From the NCBI GenBank assembly GCA_937912115.1, contig CALDOI010000142.1, positions 2,098 to 66,097 on the forward strand: 64,000 bases of DNA. Reading direction: 5' to 3'. The DNA is from an uncultured Bacteroidota bacterium (GTDB taxonomy: Bacteria; Bacteroidota; Bacteroidia; Bacteroidales; F082). The notes under the pieces were generated by a model. It did no database searches. It worked only from the letters and a program-made list of their open reading frames with translations, and had not been told where the DNA came from. Below, piece by piece: positions 29,267 to 40,453 of this stretch; position 1 is the stretch's first letter; the number at the start of each line of letters is the position of its first letter. The translations under genes were made by a program, and so were the position numbers.

Positions 29267-29274
29267 TACTTTTG
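29267..29274 (+). promoter_or_regulatory. Bacteroidetes-type -7 box TACTTTTG(CC)
   Basis: TAnnTTTG 57 nt upstream of the transketolase N-subunit ATG. Confidence 0.45.
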
Positions 29275-29331
29275 CCATGTTAATAAACTATCTTTATATC
29301 TTACTATCTATTTGTATAACAAAGCGTTAAC

Positions 29332-30186
29332 ATGTCAAACATCGAAAATCTCAAAAAAATTGCCTCACAGGTAAGGCGTGATATTGTTAGAATGGTTCAT
29401 GGTGTTCAATCAGGACACCCAGGTGGTTCCCTGGGCTGTGCTGATTTTTTAACAGCCATGTATCATGATGTAATGGATTACGACAGGAACAAATTTAATA
29501 TGAATGCTGATAGTGAAGATGTTCTCATCGTTTCAAATGGTCATATAAGTCCGGCATTATACAGTGTTCTTGCGCGTGGAGGCCAATTCCCTGTTGATGA
29601 ACTATCCACATTCAGAATTCTAAATACCCGATTACAAGGTCATCCCGCAACAATGGAAAACCTTCCCGGCATTAGGATTGCAACCGGCTCACTTGGACAA
29701 GGATTATCAGTTTCCAATGGAATAGCCCTGGGTAAAAAGTTGAATAACGATAGCAAGAAAGTATTTTGCCTAATGGGCGATGGCGAACTTGAGGAAGGTC
29801 AGGTTTGGGAAGCAGCTATGTATATTGGATCGCACAATATCAATAATGTTGTTGGGATTGTGGATTTCAACAAGCAGCAAATTGATGGATCAACAAATGA
29901 TGTTCTTCCCTTGGGCGATCTTAGGGCAAAATTCGAGTCGTTTGGTTGGGAAGTAAAAGAGATGAATGGTAACGAGATGGAAGAGGTTGTTGTTACAATG
30001 ACTAAAATTAAAGAAACAACAAATAGTAGCAAACCTATTCTTGTGTTAATGCATACCGAAATGGGTATGGGTGTTGATTTTATGATGGGTTCACATAAGT
30101 GGCATGGTATTCCTCCAAACGATGATCAATTGGAAGCTGCACTTGCCCAATTGGAAGAAACTATTGGTGATTATAACAGCAATTAA
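29332..30186 (+). CDS. Transketolase, N-terminal (thiamine-diphosphate binding) subunit
   Basis: SGHPGGSLGCADFLTAMY, GHISPALY, GSLGQGLS, GDGELEEGQVWEA. Confidence 0.9.
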   Translation: MSNIENLKKIASQVRRDIVRMVHGVQSGHPGGSLGCADFLTAMYHDVMDYDRNKFNMNADSEDVLIVSNGHISPALYSVLARGGQFPVDELSTFRILNTRLQGHPATMENLPGIRIATGSLGQGLSVSNGIALGKKLNNDSKKVFCLMGDGELEEGQVWEAAMYIGSHNINNVVGIVDFNKQQIDGSTNDVLPLGDLRAKFESFGWEVKEMNGNEMEEVVVTMTKIKETTNSSKPILVLMHTEMGMGVDFMMGSHKWHGIPPNDDQLEAALAQLEETIGDYNSN

Positions 30187-30207
30187 GATATATCTCAAAG
30201 TAATTTC

Positions 30208-31593
30208 GTGAAAAGACTGACCAAATATATAATAGTTCTGATGCTGGGTTTGAATAGCATGCAGATAATTGGTCAAACAACCTCAACTACCGAAGATACA
30301 CAACCTACTACAAGAATCTTATTCGTGATGGACGCATCGCGAAGCATGACTGGAAAGTGGCAGGGGGAAAGCAAATATGTAATTGCACGTACAATCCTAT
30401 CCCAAATCTTAGATAGCATAAAGAGTATTGATAATGTGCAAGTTGCCTTAAGGGTATATGGTCATACTAAAAATTTTCCGCCTCAAAATTGTAACGATAC
30501 TCATTTGGAAGTTCCTTTTAGTGATGACAATGTTGAGCAGATAAAATTCCGCTTAAAACAATTATCACCACGTGGCACATCGCCCATTGCATCCTCATTA
30601 CTTAAATCAAAAGATGATTTTACACCATGTAATAATTGCAGAAATATTATTATTCTGATAACCGATGGAATAGAAGAATGTAATGGCGACATTTGTGAGG
30701 TAAGTGCCGCCTTGCAGAAAGAAGGCATTATATTAAAACCATTTATTATTGGAATTGGACATGACACCCATGAAGCCTATGACTGTGCCGGCCAGTACTA
30801 TAATGCTGCTAATAAAGAACAATTTACCAAAGCTCTTAATGTAATTATTACGCGAGTACTTAGCAAAACCAGCTTACAGGTAAATTTACTCGACCAATAT
30901 AATCGTCCTACCGAATCGAATGTTAACATGACCTTCATTAATAAGAAATCGGGCGATATTGCCTATAATTTCGTGCACACACTTAATAGCAAAGGTTTTC
31001 CTGACACCTTAAATATTGACCATCTGGTTAATTACAAAATTGTTGTAAACACAATTCCTCCTCGTGTTATTGATTCGGTAATGCTTATTGAAGGAAAACA
31101 CTCAACAGTATCTACCTCCTGTCCGCAGGGAAGCTTGCTTGTTAAACTTCAGGGACCAACAAAGGCCGACTTTAACCCTTCTGTAATTATCAAATCAAAT
31201 AATTACACAAATGCATTAAATGTTCAGTATTTAAATGAAAGCGTTGATTATATTTCAGGGAAATACAAACTGGATATATTAACACTTCCGCCAATTCATC
31301 TTGATAATGTTAAGATTGAACCTGACAATCAAACAAAAATTGAGATCGAAAACCCCGGCATTGCTGTTCTTCAAAAAAGCATTAAAGGATATGGTAGCAT
31401 TTATTATCTGGATGGCAAAAACCAGATTTGGGTAATAAATGTAGGCAGCAATTCAAATCAAACAGAGTCGTTATATTTACAACCAGGTAAGTACCGCCTT
31501 GTATTCAGATCAAAATATGTATTACAATCGGCAACAACGATTGAGCAAGAATTCGAAATAAAATCAGAAAAAACAACTCGCATTAAACTATAA
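30208..31593 (+). CDS. Secreted von Willebrand factor A (VWA) domain protein
   Basis: GTG start. Signal-like MKRLTKYIIVLMLGLNSMQIIGQ. MIDAS motif ILFVMDASRSMTG and ILITDGIEEC. A ~230-aa beta-rich C-terminal region. Confidence 0.75.
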   Translation: MKRLTKYIIVLMLGLNSMQIIGQTTSTTEDTQPTTRILFVMDASRSMTGKWQGESKYVIARTILSQILDSIKSIDNVQVALRVYGHTKNFPPQNCNDTHLEVPFSDDNVEQIKFRLKQLSPRGTSPIASSLLKSKDDFTPCNNCRNIIILITDGIEECNGDICEVSAALQKEGIILKPFIIGIGHDTHEAYDCAGQYYNAANKEQFTKALNVIITRVLSKTSLQVNLLDQYNRPTESNVNMTFINKKSGDIAYNFVHTLNSKGFPDTLNIDHLVNYKIVVNTIPPRVIDSVMLIEGKHSTVSTSCPQGSLLVKLQGPTKADFNPSVIIKSNNYTNALNVQYLNESVDYISGKYKLDILTLPPIHLDNVKIEPDNQTKIEIENPGIAVLQKSIKGYGSIYYLDGKNQIWVINVGSNSNQTESLYLQPGKYRLVFRSKYVLQSATTIEQEFEIKSEKTTRIKL

Positions 31594-31598
31594 TAATA

Positions 31599-32552
31599 AT
31601 GGGTAAGTATAATATTATAGACCATCAAGATACAAGGTCAGGATTTGGAGAAGCACTATTGGAATTAGGAAAAACAAACCCAAAAGTGGTAGCTCTTGTG
31701 GCCGATTTAACCGGCTCACTTAAGATGGATGCATTTGCAGCTTCATTTCCTGACAGGTTTTTTCAGATGGGAATAGCTGAAGCTAATATGATGGGAACTG
31801 CTGCCGGACTCACAATTGGTGGGTACATACCTTTCACCGGGACTTTTGCAAACTTTTCCACAGGTCGCGTTTACGATCAGATAAGGCAGTCAATTGCCTA
31901 TTCAGGAAAAAATGTGAAGATCTGCGCATCCCACGCAGGTATTACTTTGGGTGAAGATGGTGCCACTCATCAAATTCTAGAAGATATAGGATTGATGAAA
32001 ATGTTACCCGGCATGACTGTAATTAACACATGTGATTTCAATCAAACTAAGCAAGCTACCTTAGCAATTGCGGATTATGAAGGGCCAGTTTATCTAAGAT
32101 TCGGAAGACCAAAGGTTCCCAATTTCATTCCTATGGATAGTGAGTTTGAAATAGGTAAAGGTATTACTCTTAAAAAAGGTACTGATGTAAGTATAATCGC
32201 CACTGGCCATTTAGTTTGGAAAGCACTTGAAGCTGCCGATGCATTAAGCAAATTGGGTATTGATGCTGAGGTAATTAACATACACACTATAAAACCTCTT
32301 GACATAGAACTAATCATTGAATCAGCAAGAAAAACAGGATGCGTAGTAACTGCCGAAGAACATCAAATAAATGGTGGGTTGGGAGATAGTGTTGCCCAAT
32401 TACTATCTCAACAATTACCAACTCCAATCGAGTTTATTGCTGTTATGGATATTTTTGGTCAAAGTGGTAAGCCCGAACGACTAATGAAACATTATGGACT
32501 TGATACATCCAATATAATTGAGGCAGCTAAAAAGGCAATCTCAAGAAAATAG
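31599..32552 (+). CDS. Transketolase, C-terminal (pyrimidine-binding) subunit
   Basis: FGEALLELG, FQMGIAEANMMG, GATHQILEDIGLM, TAEEHQINGGLG. Confidence 0.9.
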   Translation: MGKYNIIDHQDTRSGFGEALLELGKTNPKVVALVADLTGSLKMDAFAASFPDRFFQMGIAEANMMGTAAGLTIGGYIPFTGTFANFSTGRVYDQIRQSIAYSGKNVKICASHAGITLGEDGATHQILEDIGLMKMLPGMTVINTCDFNQTKQATLAIADYEGPVYLRFGRPKVPNFIPMDSEFEIGKGITLKKGTDVSIIATGHLVWKALEAADALSKLGIDAEVINIHTIKPLDIELIIESARKTGCVVTAEEHQINGGLGDSVAQLLSQQLPTPIEFIAVMDIFGQSGKPERLMKHYGLDTSNIIEAAKKAISRK

Positions 32553-32664
32553 ACAGACAGTAGAAGAATACATTTATACTGAGGTTTCTGTTTACAATAT
32601 TTCATCTCTGTATTTCATTATTTGGGTATATTCGCAATTGTATTAATTAAAAAGTACATAGCAA

Positions 32665-34611
32665 TTGAATCCAAAATCATTCATAAAAACTATTCTAATT
32701 ATTGGTGCTATGATACTAAATTCATACACCTTCTCACAGAGAGAACAGAATAAATGTGATACAGTTAATATTATTGCTCCAGCATATTTAGTATTAAACG
32801 ACTCATCCATACACATAAATAGGGATACAACTCAGATAATTTGCAGTAAATATATTGTACTAACCAAGAAAAATGGATACACGCTTTATTCAAAACTAGT
32901 TAAAGAATCGAATAAACATGAATTGGTAGACAAACTTTTTCAATTGCTAATAGCCTCCAGCACTCAAGACACAATGCTAATTAAGAAGGCATTAATGGAT
33001 GCAGAGGATGCCTATACTCCCTATTCCGGCAAAATTATCAAGGATATCGAAATTCAGGTTCTTAAACCATTCGGGCCAACAATAAGTGATACAAACCTAC
33101 CTGTAATTTCAACCTGGGGTGAGGCATTGAACAAATCGCACATAAGTACGAATAAAAAAGTTATTGAACGTAAATTAATGTTTCAGGTAAACGATACAAT
33201 AGATCCATTTGAGCTGGTAGAAAACACAAATGAGTTAGCAGGTCTCCCCTATCTTCAAGATGCCACAATTATTGTTTCTGATATTAAAGGAGATTCAGTA
33301 AGCATTCTGGTACTGGTTAAGGATAAGTTTCCATGGTTACCCGGAATAAATATTTATGATATCAATCATATGTCGGCCTACTTAACTAACGTCAATATCC
33401 TCGGATTGGGGCACTCATTAAAAGCAGGGCTTACAATGGATGCAAAAAGTTCTCCCCTACTATATTTATCCGATGTAAACTATTACATTGATAATTTATA
33501 TAAACAGATTAAAAGTACTGTAAACTATCAAATATCGGATAATGATATAACATATCAGCTAATGCTGAATCGAGATATTGTTCCACTTAGTGTGCGTGCT
33601 GGAGGTGGTTTGGAGGTTACACAACGAGAAGAAAATATTGGTATTGATCCAACCAGCATTAACAAAACCGTATGGTATTTTAAGTATAGATATTATGAGT
33701 TATGGACATCATATTTATTTTATGATAAATCAAAAAAAAATAAGGCCAACCGGAAAGATGTGTACCTTATTCCGGGGGTTGCTGCTTATAAAAAAGATTA
33801 TCAGTACAGGCCATATGTAGCAATTGATAGCAATAACCGCTTCGAAAACTACACAAGATTATTAAGCAATTTTGCAATTGCAAAACAAAATTATTACCGA
33901 ACCAATTACCTTAAAAGTTTTGGAAAGGCTGAGTATATACCATATGGGTTTCAAGCAACAATTACCGGGGGATATACCTGGTCGGAATTTATGAAAAGTC
34001 CATATTTTGGTTTTGGATTGGCTGTAACAGAATATTTCAACAATGTTGGATACTTTTTTGGAAATATCGAAATAGGATCACATTATTCTACCAAACTTGA
34101 GCAAGGAGCACTAAAACTGAACCTTTCGTTTCTTTCAAGTATTTTTAATAAGGATAGATATAAATATCGATTTCTTGCAAACCTAAATTTTACTAATGGA
34201 ATAAACCGTTACACAAATGATCTATTGTATTTAGGCGAAGACTACGGTTTTATAGGTATGAGAGATAATGCCTGGTATGGGCAAAAACGAATGTTTTTAG
34301 AACTATTCACAATACAATACACGCCATGGTATCTGTTTGGTTTTAGATTTGCCATGTTTGGATTTTGTAGTGCAGGACTATTGGGAGAGTCAGATCATCC
34401 AATTTTCAAAAATCAAATTTTAAGTTCAGTTGGAATAGGAGTGTATTCGCAAAACGATTTTTTAGCTTTTAATTCGTTTCAATTCAGGGTTGCCTACTTC
34501 CCGGTTACCCCGAGTGGAATATCTCATTTCGGTGTATCCTTTTCAACTATCGGGTTAATCGATCAACTTAGCTTCCTAAATACAAAACCTCATGTGGTAG
34601 AATACAACTAA
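32665..34611 (+). CDS. Hypothetical outer-membrane (beta-barrel-like) protein
   Basis: TTG start with a signal-like N-terminus. The C-terminal two-thirds is rich in alternating aromatic/Gly beta-strand-like segments. No family recognised. Confidence 0.45.
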   Translation: MNPKSFIKTILIIGAMILNSYTFSQREQNKCDTVNIIAPAYLVLNDSSIHINRDTTQIICSKYIVLTKKNGYTLYSKLVKESNKHELVDKLFQLLIASSTQDTMLIKKALMDAEDAYTPYSGKIIKDIEIQVLKPFGPTISDTNLPVISTWGEALNKSHISTNKKVIERKLMFQVNDTIDPFELVENTNELAGLPYLQDATIIVSDIKGDSVSILVLVKDKFPWLPGINIYDINHMSAYLTNVNILGLGHSLKAGLTMDAKSSPLLYLSDVNYYIDNLYKQIKSTVNYQISDNDITYQLMLNRDIVPLSVRAGGGLEVTQREENIGIDPTSINKTVWYFKYRYYELWTSYLFYDKSKKNKANRKDVYLIPGVAAYKKDYQYRPYVAIDSNNRFENYTRLLSNFAIAKQNYYRTNYLKSFGKAEYIPYGFQATITGGYTWSEFMKSPYFGFGLAVTEYFNNVGYFFGNIEIGSHYSTKLEQGALKLNLSFLSSIFNKDRYKYRFLANLNFTNGINRYTNDLLYLGEDYGFIGMRDNAWYGQKRMFLELFTIQYTPWYLFGFRFAMFGFCSAGLLGESDHPIFKNQILSSVGIGVYSQNDFLAFNSFQFRVAYFPVTPSGISHFGVSFSTIGLIDQLSFLNTKPHVVEYN

Positions 34612-34661
34612 TGAATCCAATCTACGAAGGTGGACTTCAAATGAATATAAAAAAATTCTAT

Positions 34662-35750
34662 TTATCCTTTATAAAATGGTGGACGCTGAACAATAGCTTT
34701 TGCCAGTTTATTTCTTACTTTGATAAAAATTTCTGAACCATCTTTCCAGTAAGGTTTTGTGATATAAGCCATTCCAATACCTTTTTTAAGCATAGGCGAC
34801 ATGGTACCGGATGTTACTTCTCCAATTACATTTTCATCTGCATCTGTTACTTCATAATGTTGACGAGGAATAGCCCGTTCCTCCATTACAAACCCTTTTA
34901 AACGCATTGGTACTCCATTTTCTTTTTGAGATTCAAAAAGGTCTCTATCAATAAAATCATTGCCATTGGTAAATTTGGTAATCCAACCTAAACCTGCTGC
35001 CAGTGGCGATGTAGTATCATCAATATCGTTTCCATAAAGGCAAAATCCTGATTCTAATCGAAGTGTATCACGGGCACCCAGTCCTATCGGTTTAATGCCA
35101 AATTCTTCACCGGCTTCAAATACAGCTTTATAAATTTTTTCTGCATCAGAATTTTTCATATAAATCTCACAGCCACCTGATCCGGTATAACCAGTTGTTG
35201 AAAAAATCACATCTTTAACTCCGGCAAACTCAATTACCTTAAAAGTATAATACTCCATATCTTCAACAGAAGTACTTGTTAACTTTTGCATCGCCTTTAA
35301 TGCAAGAGGTCCTTGAACTGCAAGCTGGCTAATTTCTTCAGAAGCATTTGTTAGTTTTGCTCCCACATCATTATGTTTAACCACATTATTCCAGTCTTTT
35401 TCAATATTTGAGGCATTAACAACAAGTAGATATTTCTCCTTATTAAATCTGTAAACCAGAAGATCATCCACAATACCACCATCGCCGTTTGGGAAACAAC
35501 TATATTGCACCTTACCATCAGTTAAAGCTGCAACATCATTAGTTGTTACTTTTTGAACTAACGAGAAAGCATTTGAGCCTTCAACCCAAAACTCACCCAT
35601 GTGACTTACATCAAAAACACCTAATTTAGTTCTAACTGTTTCGTGTTCAATATTAATACCTTCGAACTGAACAGGCATATCAAATCCAACAAATTCGACC
35701 ATTTTGGCGCCCATCTGGCGATGCATATTATTTAAAGCTGTCTTCTTCAT
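34662..35750 (-). CDS. gcvT: Glycine cleavage system aminomethyltransferase T
   Basis: 362 aa. MVEFVGFDMPVQF, GVFDVSHMGEF, GYTGSGGCEIY, GLGARDTLRLE. Confidence 0.95.
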   Translation of the reverse strand: MKKTALNNMHRQMGAKMVEFVGFDMPVQFEGINIEHETVRTKLGVFDVSHMGEFWVEGSNAFSLVQKVTTNDVAALTDGKVQYSCFPNGDGGIVDDLLVYRFNKEKYLLVVNASNIEKDWNNVVKHNDVGAKLTNASEEISQLAVQGPLALKAMQKLTSTSVEDMEYYTFKVIEFAGVKDVIFSTTGYTGSGGCEIYMKNSDAEKIYKAVFEAGEEFGIKPIGLGARDTLRLESGFCLYGNDIDDTTSPLAAGLGWITKFTNGNDFIDRDLFESQKENGVPMRLKGFVMEERAIPRQHYEVTDADENVIGEVTSGTMSPMLKKGIGMAYITKPYWKDGSEIFIKVRNKLAKAIVQRPPFYKG

Positions 35751-35772
35751 ATCTTAATAAAAAATTATGCTG

Positions 35773-35780
35773 CAAAATTA
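35773..35780 (-). promoter_or_regulatory. Bacteroidetes-type -7 box TAATTTTG(CA)
   Basis: TAnnTTTG on the minus strand, 22 nt upstream of the gcvT ATG. Confidence 0.5.
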
Positions 35781-35980
35781 AATAAAAACAGTAATTTTTG
35801 ATAAAATCAATCCATTAGTTCGCAAAAGTTATCAACCTTAAGACTATAGCTTTAACAGATGCTTTAGGTATTATTACACGTCACTAACAAGTTTCTTTAT
35901 AATTCCTACTTGTATAATTGAATTAACCTATATATTTTTACTGTCTTTTATAAAATCGCAAGTAAAAAAAAATAATTGAT

Positions 35981-38119
35981 ATGAAAACAAAAATAGTACT
36001 ACTAACAGTAATTGGATTTATGTTTCTAACACAACAATGTCAACCTCCGAAAGAAAAAATTAAGTATCCTGTGGCTAAGAAAACAGATAGTGTTGATGTA
36101 TATTTTGGAAAAAAAGTTAACGATCCATATAGATGGCTTGAAGATGATAATTCTGAGGAAACAGCGCTATGGGTGACTGAGGAAAACACAGTAACAAATG
36201 CCTATCTCGACAAAATTCCATTTCGGCCTGCCTTAGAGAAACGATTAACTGAAATTTGGAATTATCCAAAATATGGAGTGCCTTTTAATAAAGGTGACTA
36301 TTATTTCTTTTTTAAGAATAATGGCGTTCAGAACCAGAGTGTAATGTATATTCAAAATGGATTGGACGGTGATCCTGAAGTTCTACTTGACCCAAACACT
36401 TTATCGGAAGACGGTACTGTTGCATTATCATCATTAGGCATATCAAAAGATGGAAGCTATCTTGCCTATGGTATTTCGCGAGGCGGATCCGATTGGAACG
36501 AAATTTATGTAATGAATATTGCTACTCGTGAAATACTTGAAGATCATATTAATTGGGTAAAATTTTCCGGTATAAGTTGGAAAGGAGATGGCTTTTTCTA
36601 TTCTTCATATGATGAGCCTAAAGAAGGCGATGAGCTTTCAGGACAAAACCAATTTCACAAGGTTTACTTCCACCAACTTGGTAAATCCCAAAAAGATGAT
36701 TTGCTGATATTTGAAGATAATGATAACCCATTACGTAATTTTTACGCATACCTTACTGAAGATGAAAAATTCCTCATCATTGGTGAAACCGAGAGTACTA
36801 GCGGAAATGCACTTTATGCAGCTAAACTTAATAAATTAACCGATATTAAATTCACAAAAATTGCGGAAGGATTTGATTATGATTACAATGTTGTAGATAA
36901 CATAGGTGATGAACTATTGTTGATCACAAACCACAAAGCTCCAAATAAGAAATTAATCCTGACACAATACAACAACTCCGACCCAACAAAATGGAATATT
37001 TTAATTCCTGAAAGTGAAAATGTATTGGAAGGAGCATCATTAGTGGGCGAATTGCTTTTTACTCAGTATCTAAAAGATGCCAGTTCAAAGGCCTATTTCT
37101 ATAACATTGACGGGAGTTTTGTTAGAGAACTTGAATTACCTGCAATTGGTACTTTATCAGGATTTAATGGTGAAAAAAATAAGAACACCGCTTTTTATGG
37201 TTTCACATCTTTTACTTTTCCTTCAAGTGTGTACAAATTCGACGTTGCAAATGGGAAATCGGCATTAATGCATAGTTCGGAAGTTGATTTTGATCCTGAA
37301 AAATATATTACAAATCAAATATTTTATGAAAGTAAAGATGGCACAAAAGTTCCTATGTTTATTATCCATAAAAAAGGATTAAAAATGGATGGCAATAACC
37401 CAACTATGCTTTATGCATATGGTGGGTTTAACATCAGTCTTACACCCAGCTTTAGCATCAGCCGATCAGCTTTTATTGAGCAAGGCGGAATTTATGTTAT
37501 GGCTAACTTACGTGGTGGTGGTGAATATGGTGAAGAGTGGCATGAAGCTGGAACTAAACTCCAAAAACAAAATGTATTTGACGATTTTATATATGCTGCC
37601 AAATACCTAATCAAAAATAAGTATACATCATCCGAAAAATTAGCGATCATTGGAGGATCCAATGGAGGACTTCTGGTTGGAGCATGTATGACTCAACAGC
37701 CCGAATTATTTAAAGTAGCCATACCAATAGTTGGGGTAATGGATATGTTAAGATACCATAATTTTACAATTGGATGGGCCTGGGCCTCTGATTATGGCCG
37801 CAGTGACGATGATGAAGAAATGTTTAAATATCTACTTGGATATTCACCATTGCACAATATTAAGAAGGGTGTTAATTATCCGGCAACACTTGCAATAACA
37901 GCTGATCATGATGATAGAGTTGTACCTGCACATACCTTTAAATTTATGGCAACCTTACAAGAAAATAATGGGGGGAAGAACCCTGTGTTAGTTCGTATTG
38001 AAACCAAAGCAGGCCATGGTGCCGGCAAACCAACGACCAAACAAATTAGTGAAGCTGCAGATATGTATAGCTTCATCATGTACAATCTGGGAATGAAACC
38101 AAAATTTAATGATCAGTAA
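35981..38119 (+). CDS. Prolyl oligopeptidase (S9A family), probably a lipoprotein
   Basis: YPVAKK...DPYRWLED N-terminus, beta-propeller middle, catalytic GGSNGGLL, DHDDRV and GHG. The signal ends in LTQQC. Confidence 0.9.
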   Translation: MKTKIVLLTVIGFMFLTQQCQPPKEKIKYPVAKKTDSVDVYFGKKVNDPYRWLEDDNSEETALWVTEENTVTNAYLDKIPFRPALEKRLTEIWNYPKYGVPFNKGDYYFFFKNNGVQNQSVMYIQNGLDGDPEVLLDPNTLSEDGTVALSSLGISKDGSYLAYGISRGGSDWNEIYVMNIATREILEDHINWVKFSGISWKGDGFFYSSYDEPKEGDELSGQNQFHKVYFHQLGKSQKDDLLIFEDNDNPLRNFYAYLTEDEKFLIIGETESTSGNALYAAKLNKLTDIKFTKIAEGFDYDYNVVDNIGDELLLITNHKAPNKKLILTQYNNSDPTKWNILIPESENVLEGASLVGELLFTQYLKDASSKAYFYNIDGSFVRELELPAIGTLSGFNGEKNKNTAFYGFTSFTFPSSVYKFDVANGKSALMHSSEVDFDPEKYITNQIFYESKDGTKVPMFIIHKKGLKMDGNNPTMLYAYGGFNISLTPSFSISRSAFIEQGGIYVMANLRGGGEYGEEWHEAGTKLQKQNVFDDFIYAAKYLIKNKYTSSEKLAIIGGSNGGLLVGACMTQQPELFKVAIPIVGVMDMLRYHNFTIGWAWASDYGRSDDDEEMFKYLLGYSPLHNIKKGVNYPATLAITADHDDRVVPAHTFKFMATLQENNGGKNPVLVRIETKAGHGAGKPTTKQISEAADMYSFIMYNLGMKPKFNDQ

Positions 38120-38205
38120 ACAAAACTTAACATTAAAATAATATTAGATTATAATTCAATAGGTGTATGTTTTGTACTCTTGCAAAAAATTAAACTAATT
38201 TAAAA

Positions 38206-40443
38206 ATGGAAACTATTTATTTAGTAATTGTTGTACTACTCTTTTTGTTGGCAGCATCCGATCTGGTTGTTGGTGTAAGTAACGATGCCGTTAACTTTTT
38301 GAATTCTGCTGTGGGATCAAAAGTGGCATCTTTCAGAGTTATAATGTTTGTTGCTGCCATTGGTATACTCATTGGAGCAGTATTTTCAAGTGGAATGATG
38401 GAAGTGGCCCGAAAGGGAATATTTAATCCGGGTGAATTTTACTTTAGTGAAATAATGATAATTTTCATGGCAGTTATGGTTACTGATGTAATCCTATTAG
38501 ACGCATATAACACATGGGGATTACCAACATCAACAACAGTTTCAATTGTATTCGAATTACTTGGGGCGGCAGTAGGAATGGCTTCTATAAAACTTCTAAT
38601 GAGTGATGGAGACATGACCATGAGTCAATTTATTAACTCATCCAAAGCATTGGCAATTATATCAGGCATACTACTATCGGTTGCCGTAGCATTTTCGGTG
38701 GGTGCATTGATTCAATATATAACACGAATCGCATTCTCGTTTAATTTTGAAAAACGTATTAAGTACATTGGAGCTATTTGGGGAGGTATCGCCTTTTCTG
38801 CTCTAACCTATTTCATTCTGATAAAAGGTGCCAAAGGTGCATCATTTATGTCGGAAGATATTAAAAGTTGGATCTCTGAAAACAGTTTATTGATAATTTT
38901 TTACAGCCTTATTGGCTGGACTGTAATTTTACAGATACTCTATTTGCTATTCCGAATTAACATTCTTAAAATTATTGTATTAGTAGGGACCTTTTCGCTG
39001 GCTATGGCATTTGCCGGCAACGACCTGGTAAACTTCATCGGTGTTCCTATTGCAGGGTTTAATTCATGGGAGATATTTACCGCTGCTGATGGAGCAAGTC
39101 CCGATGGATTTTTAATGACTGCGCTTGGAGGTAAAGTTCCCACACCTGAAATATTCTTATTGATTGCAGGCGCAATAATGGTACTTACTCTATATCTAAG
39201 TAAAAAAGCCAGATCGGTACTTAAAACTTCCATTGATTTAAGCAGGCAAGGTGAAGGCGAAGAAAGATTCCGCGCAACCTGGATTTCAAAGTTACTGGTT
39301 CGCTCATCTTTACAGGCATCAAATAATATTAAAAAAGTATTACCAAATTCATTTACAGATGTAATTGAAAGACAATTCGAACCCGCTCCAGTAAATAAAA
39401 CATTAAAAGATCCACCTGCATTTGACCTGATTAGGGCTTCGGTTAACCTTACCGTAGCAAGTGTGCTTATTGCATTTGGAACATCTCTTAAACTGCCTCT
39501 TTCAACAACATATGTTACTTTTATGGTTGCGATGGGAACATCGCTAGCCGATAATGCCTGGGGGCGTGAAAGTGCAGTATATCGTATTTCAGGTGTACTT
39601 GCCGTTATTGGCGGGTGGTTTTTAACAGCTCTAAGTGCTTTTACAGCTGCATTTATTATGGTTTACATTTTTAATTATGGTGGCCTATATAGTATGTTTG
39701 GCATGCTTGGAGTGGTTGTTTATATAATTTACCGATCACATAAGCATCACAAAAAATCTACAAATGTAAAAGATGATGATACCCAAGGAATCCATAGTCT
39801 TTCAGAAGAAAATATTGCCGATAAATCGATTACAACTATTACCAAGAATCTAAAGAAAGTTGCAATTGCTTATTCTGATATAGTTAAGGGACTTGAAACT
39901 GAAGACAAAAAGGATATCAAACGTATCAAAAGTGAACTTGACTCTGTTACTGCCAAAACAAAGTATCTTAAAGATCATATTAATATTATCGTCAATAAGC
40001 TACGAAAAGACTCAGATGATACCGCATATTACTTTGTTCAGGTACTCGATTTCATGCGTGAAATACTCCATGCGATATCTTATATTGCTGGCCCTGTGTA
40101 TATACATATTGATAATAACCATAAGCCTTTGGTTGCTGAGCAAATAAATGAACTTAAAAAGCTTGATATAATGCTTAATAAATTACTAAGTAATATTGTT
40201 TCAAGTATTGAATCAGGAGATTACAGCTCGCAAAATGAAATACAGGCATTACTTAATAAGTTTGTTAATCTTATCGAACTATCGAATAAGAAACAAATTA
40301 AACGAATTAAAAACGGGTTAGTAGGAACTAAAAATAGTTTACTTTTTATGACTATAATTAACGAAAGTAAACACCTTGCATTGTATGCTGTAAATCTATA
40401 TAAATCGCAACGTGATTTCGTAGATTACAAAATCAAAGAATGA
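38206..40443 (+). CDS. PiT/PHO4-family inorganic phosphate transporter with a ~230-aa soluble helical C-terminal extension
   Basis: GVSNDAVNFLNSAVGS and GNDLVNFIGVPIAG repeats typical of PHO4. About 12 TM segments. A charged helical tail follows HKHHKK. Confidence 0.8.
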   Translation: METIYLVIVVLLFLLAASDLVVGVSNDAVNFLNSAVGSKVASFRVIMFVAAIGILIGAVFSSGMMEVARKGIFNPGEFYFSEIMIIFMAVMVTDVILLDAYNTWGLPTSTTVSIVFELLGAAVGMASIKLLMSDGDMTMSQFINSSKALAIISGILLSVAVAFSVGALIQYITRIAFSFNFEKRIKYIGAIWGGIAFSALTYFILIKGAKGASFMSEDIKSWISENSLLIIFYSLIGWTVILQILYLLFRINILKIIVLVGTFSLAMAFAGNDLVNFIGVPIAGFNSWEIFTAADGASPDGFLMTALGGKVPTPEIFLLIAGAIMVLTLYLSKKARSVLKTSIDLSRQGEGEERFRATWISKLLVRSSLQASNNIKKVLPNSFTDVIERQFEPAPVNKTLKDPPAFDLIRASVNLTVASVLIAFGTSLKLPLSTTYVTFMVAMGTSLADNAWGRESAVYRISGVLAVIGGWFLTALSAFTAAFIMVYIFNYGGLYSMFGMLGVVVYIIYRSHKHHKKSTNVKDDDTQGIHSLSEENIADKSITTITKNLKKVAIAYSDIVKGLETEDKKDIKRIKSELDSVTAKTKYLKDHINIIVNKLRKDSDDTAYYFVQVLDFMREILHAISYIAGPVYIHIDNNHKPLVAEQINELKKLDIMLNKLLSNIVSSIESGDYSSQNEIQALLNKFVNLIELSNKKQIKRIKNGLVGTKNSLLFMTIINESKHLALYAVNLYKSQRDFVDYKIKE

Positions 40444-40453
40444 TTTTTAATAA

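Noticed and set aside
35751-35980. Glycine riboswitch in the 230-nt region upstream of gcvT
   Set aside because: The region is almost pure A/T. It lacks the GC-rich conserved cores (GGAGAG / CACCG / GGGGCAA-type segments) expected of a glycine riboswitch. Only a -7 promoter box was found.
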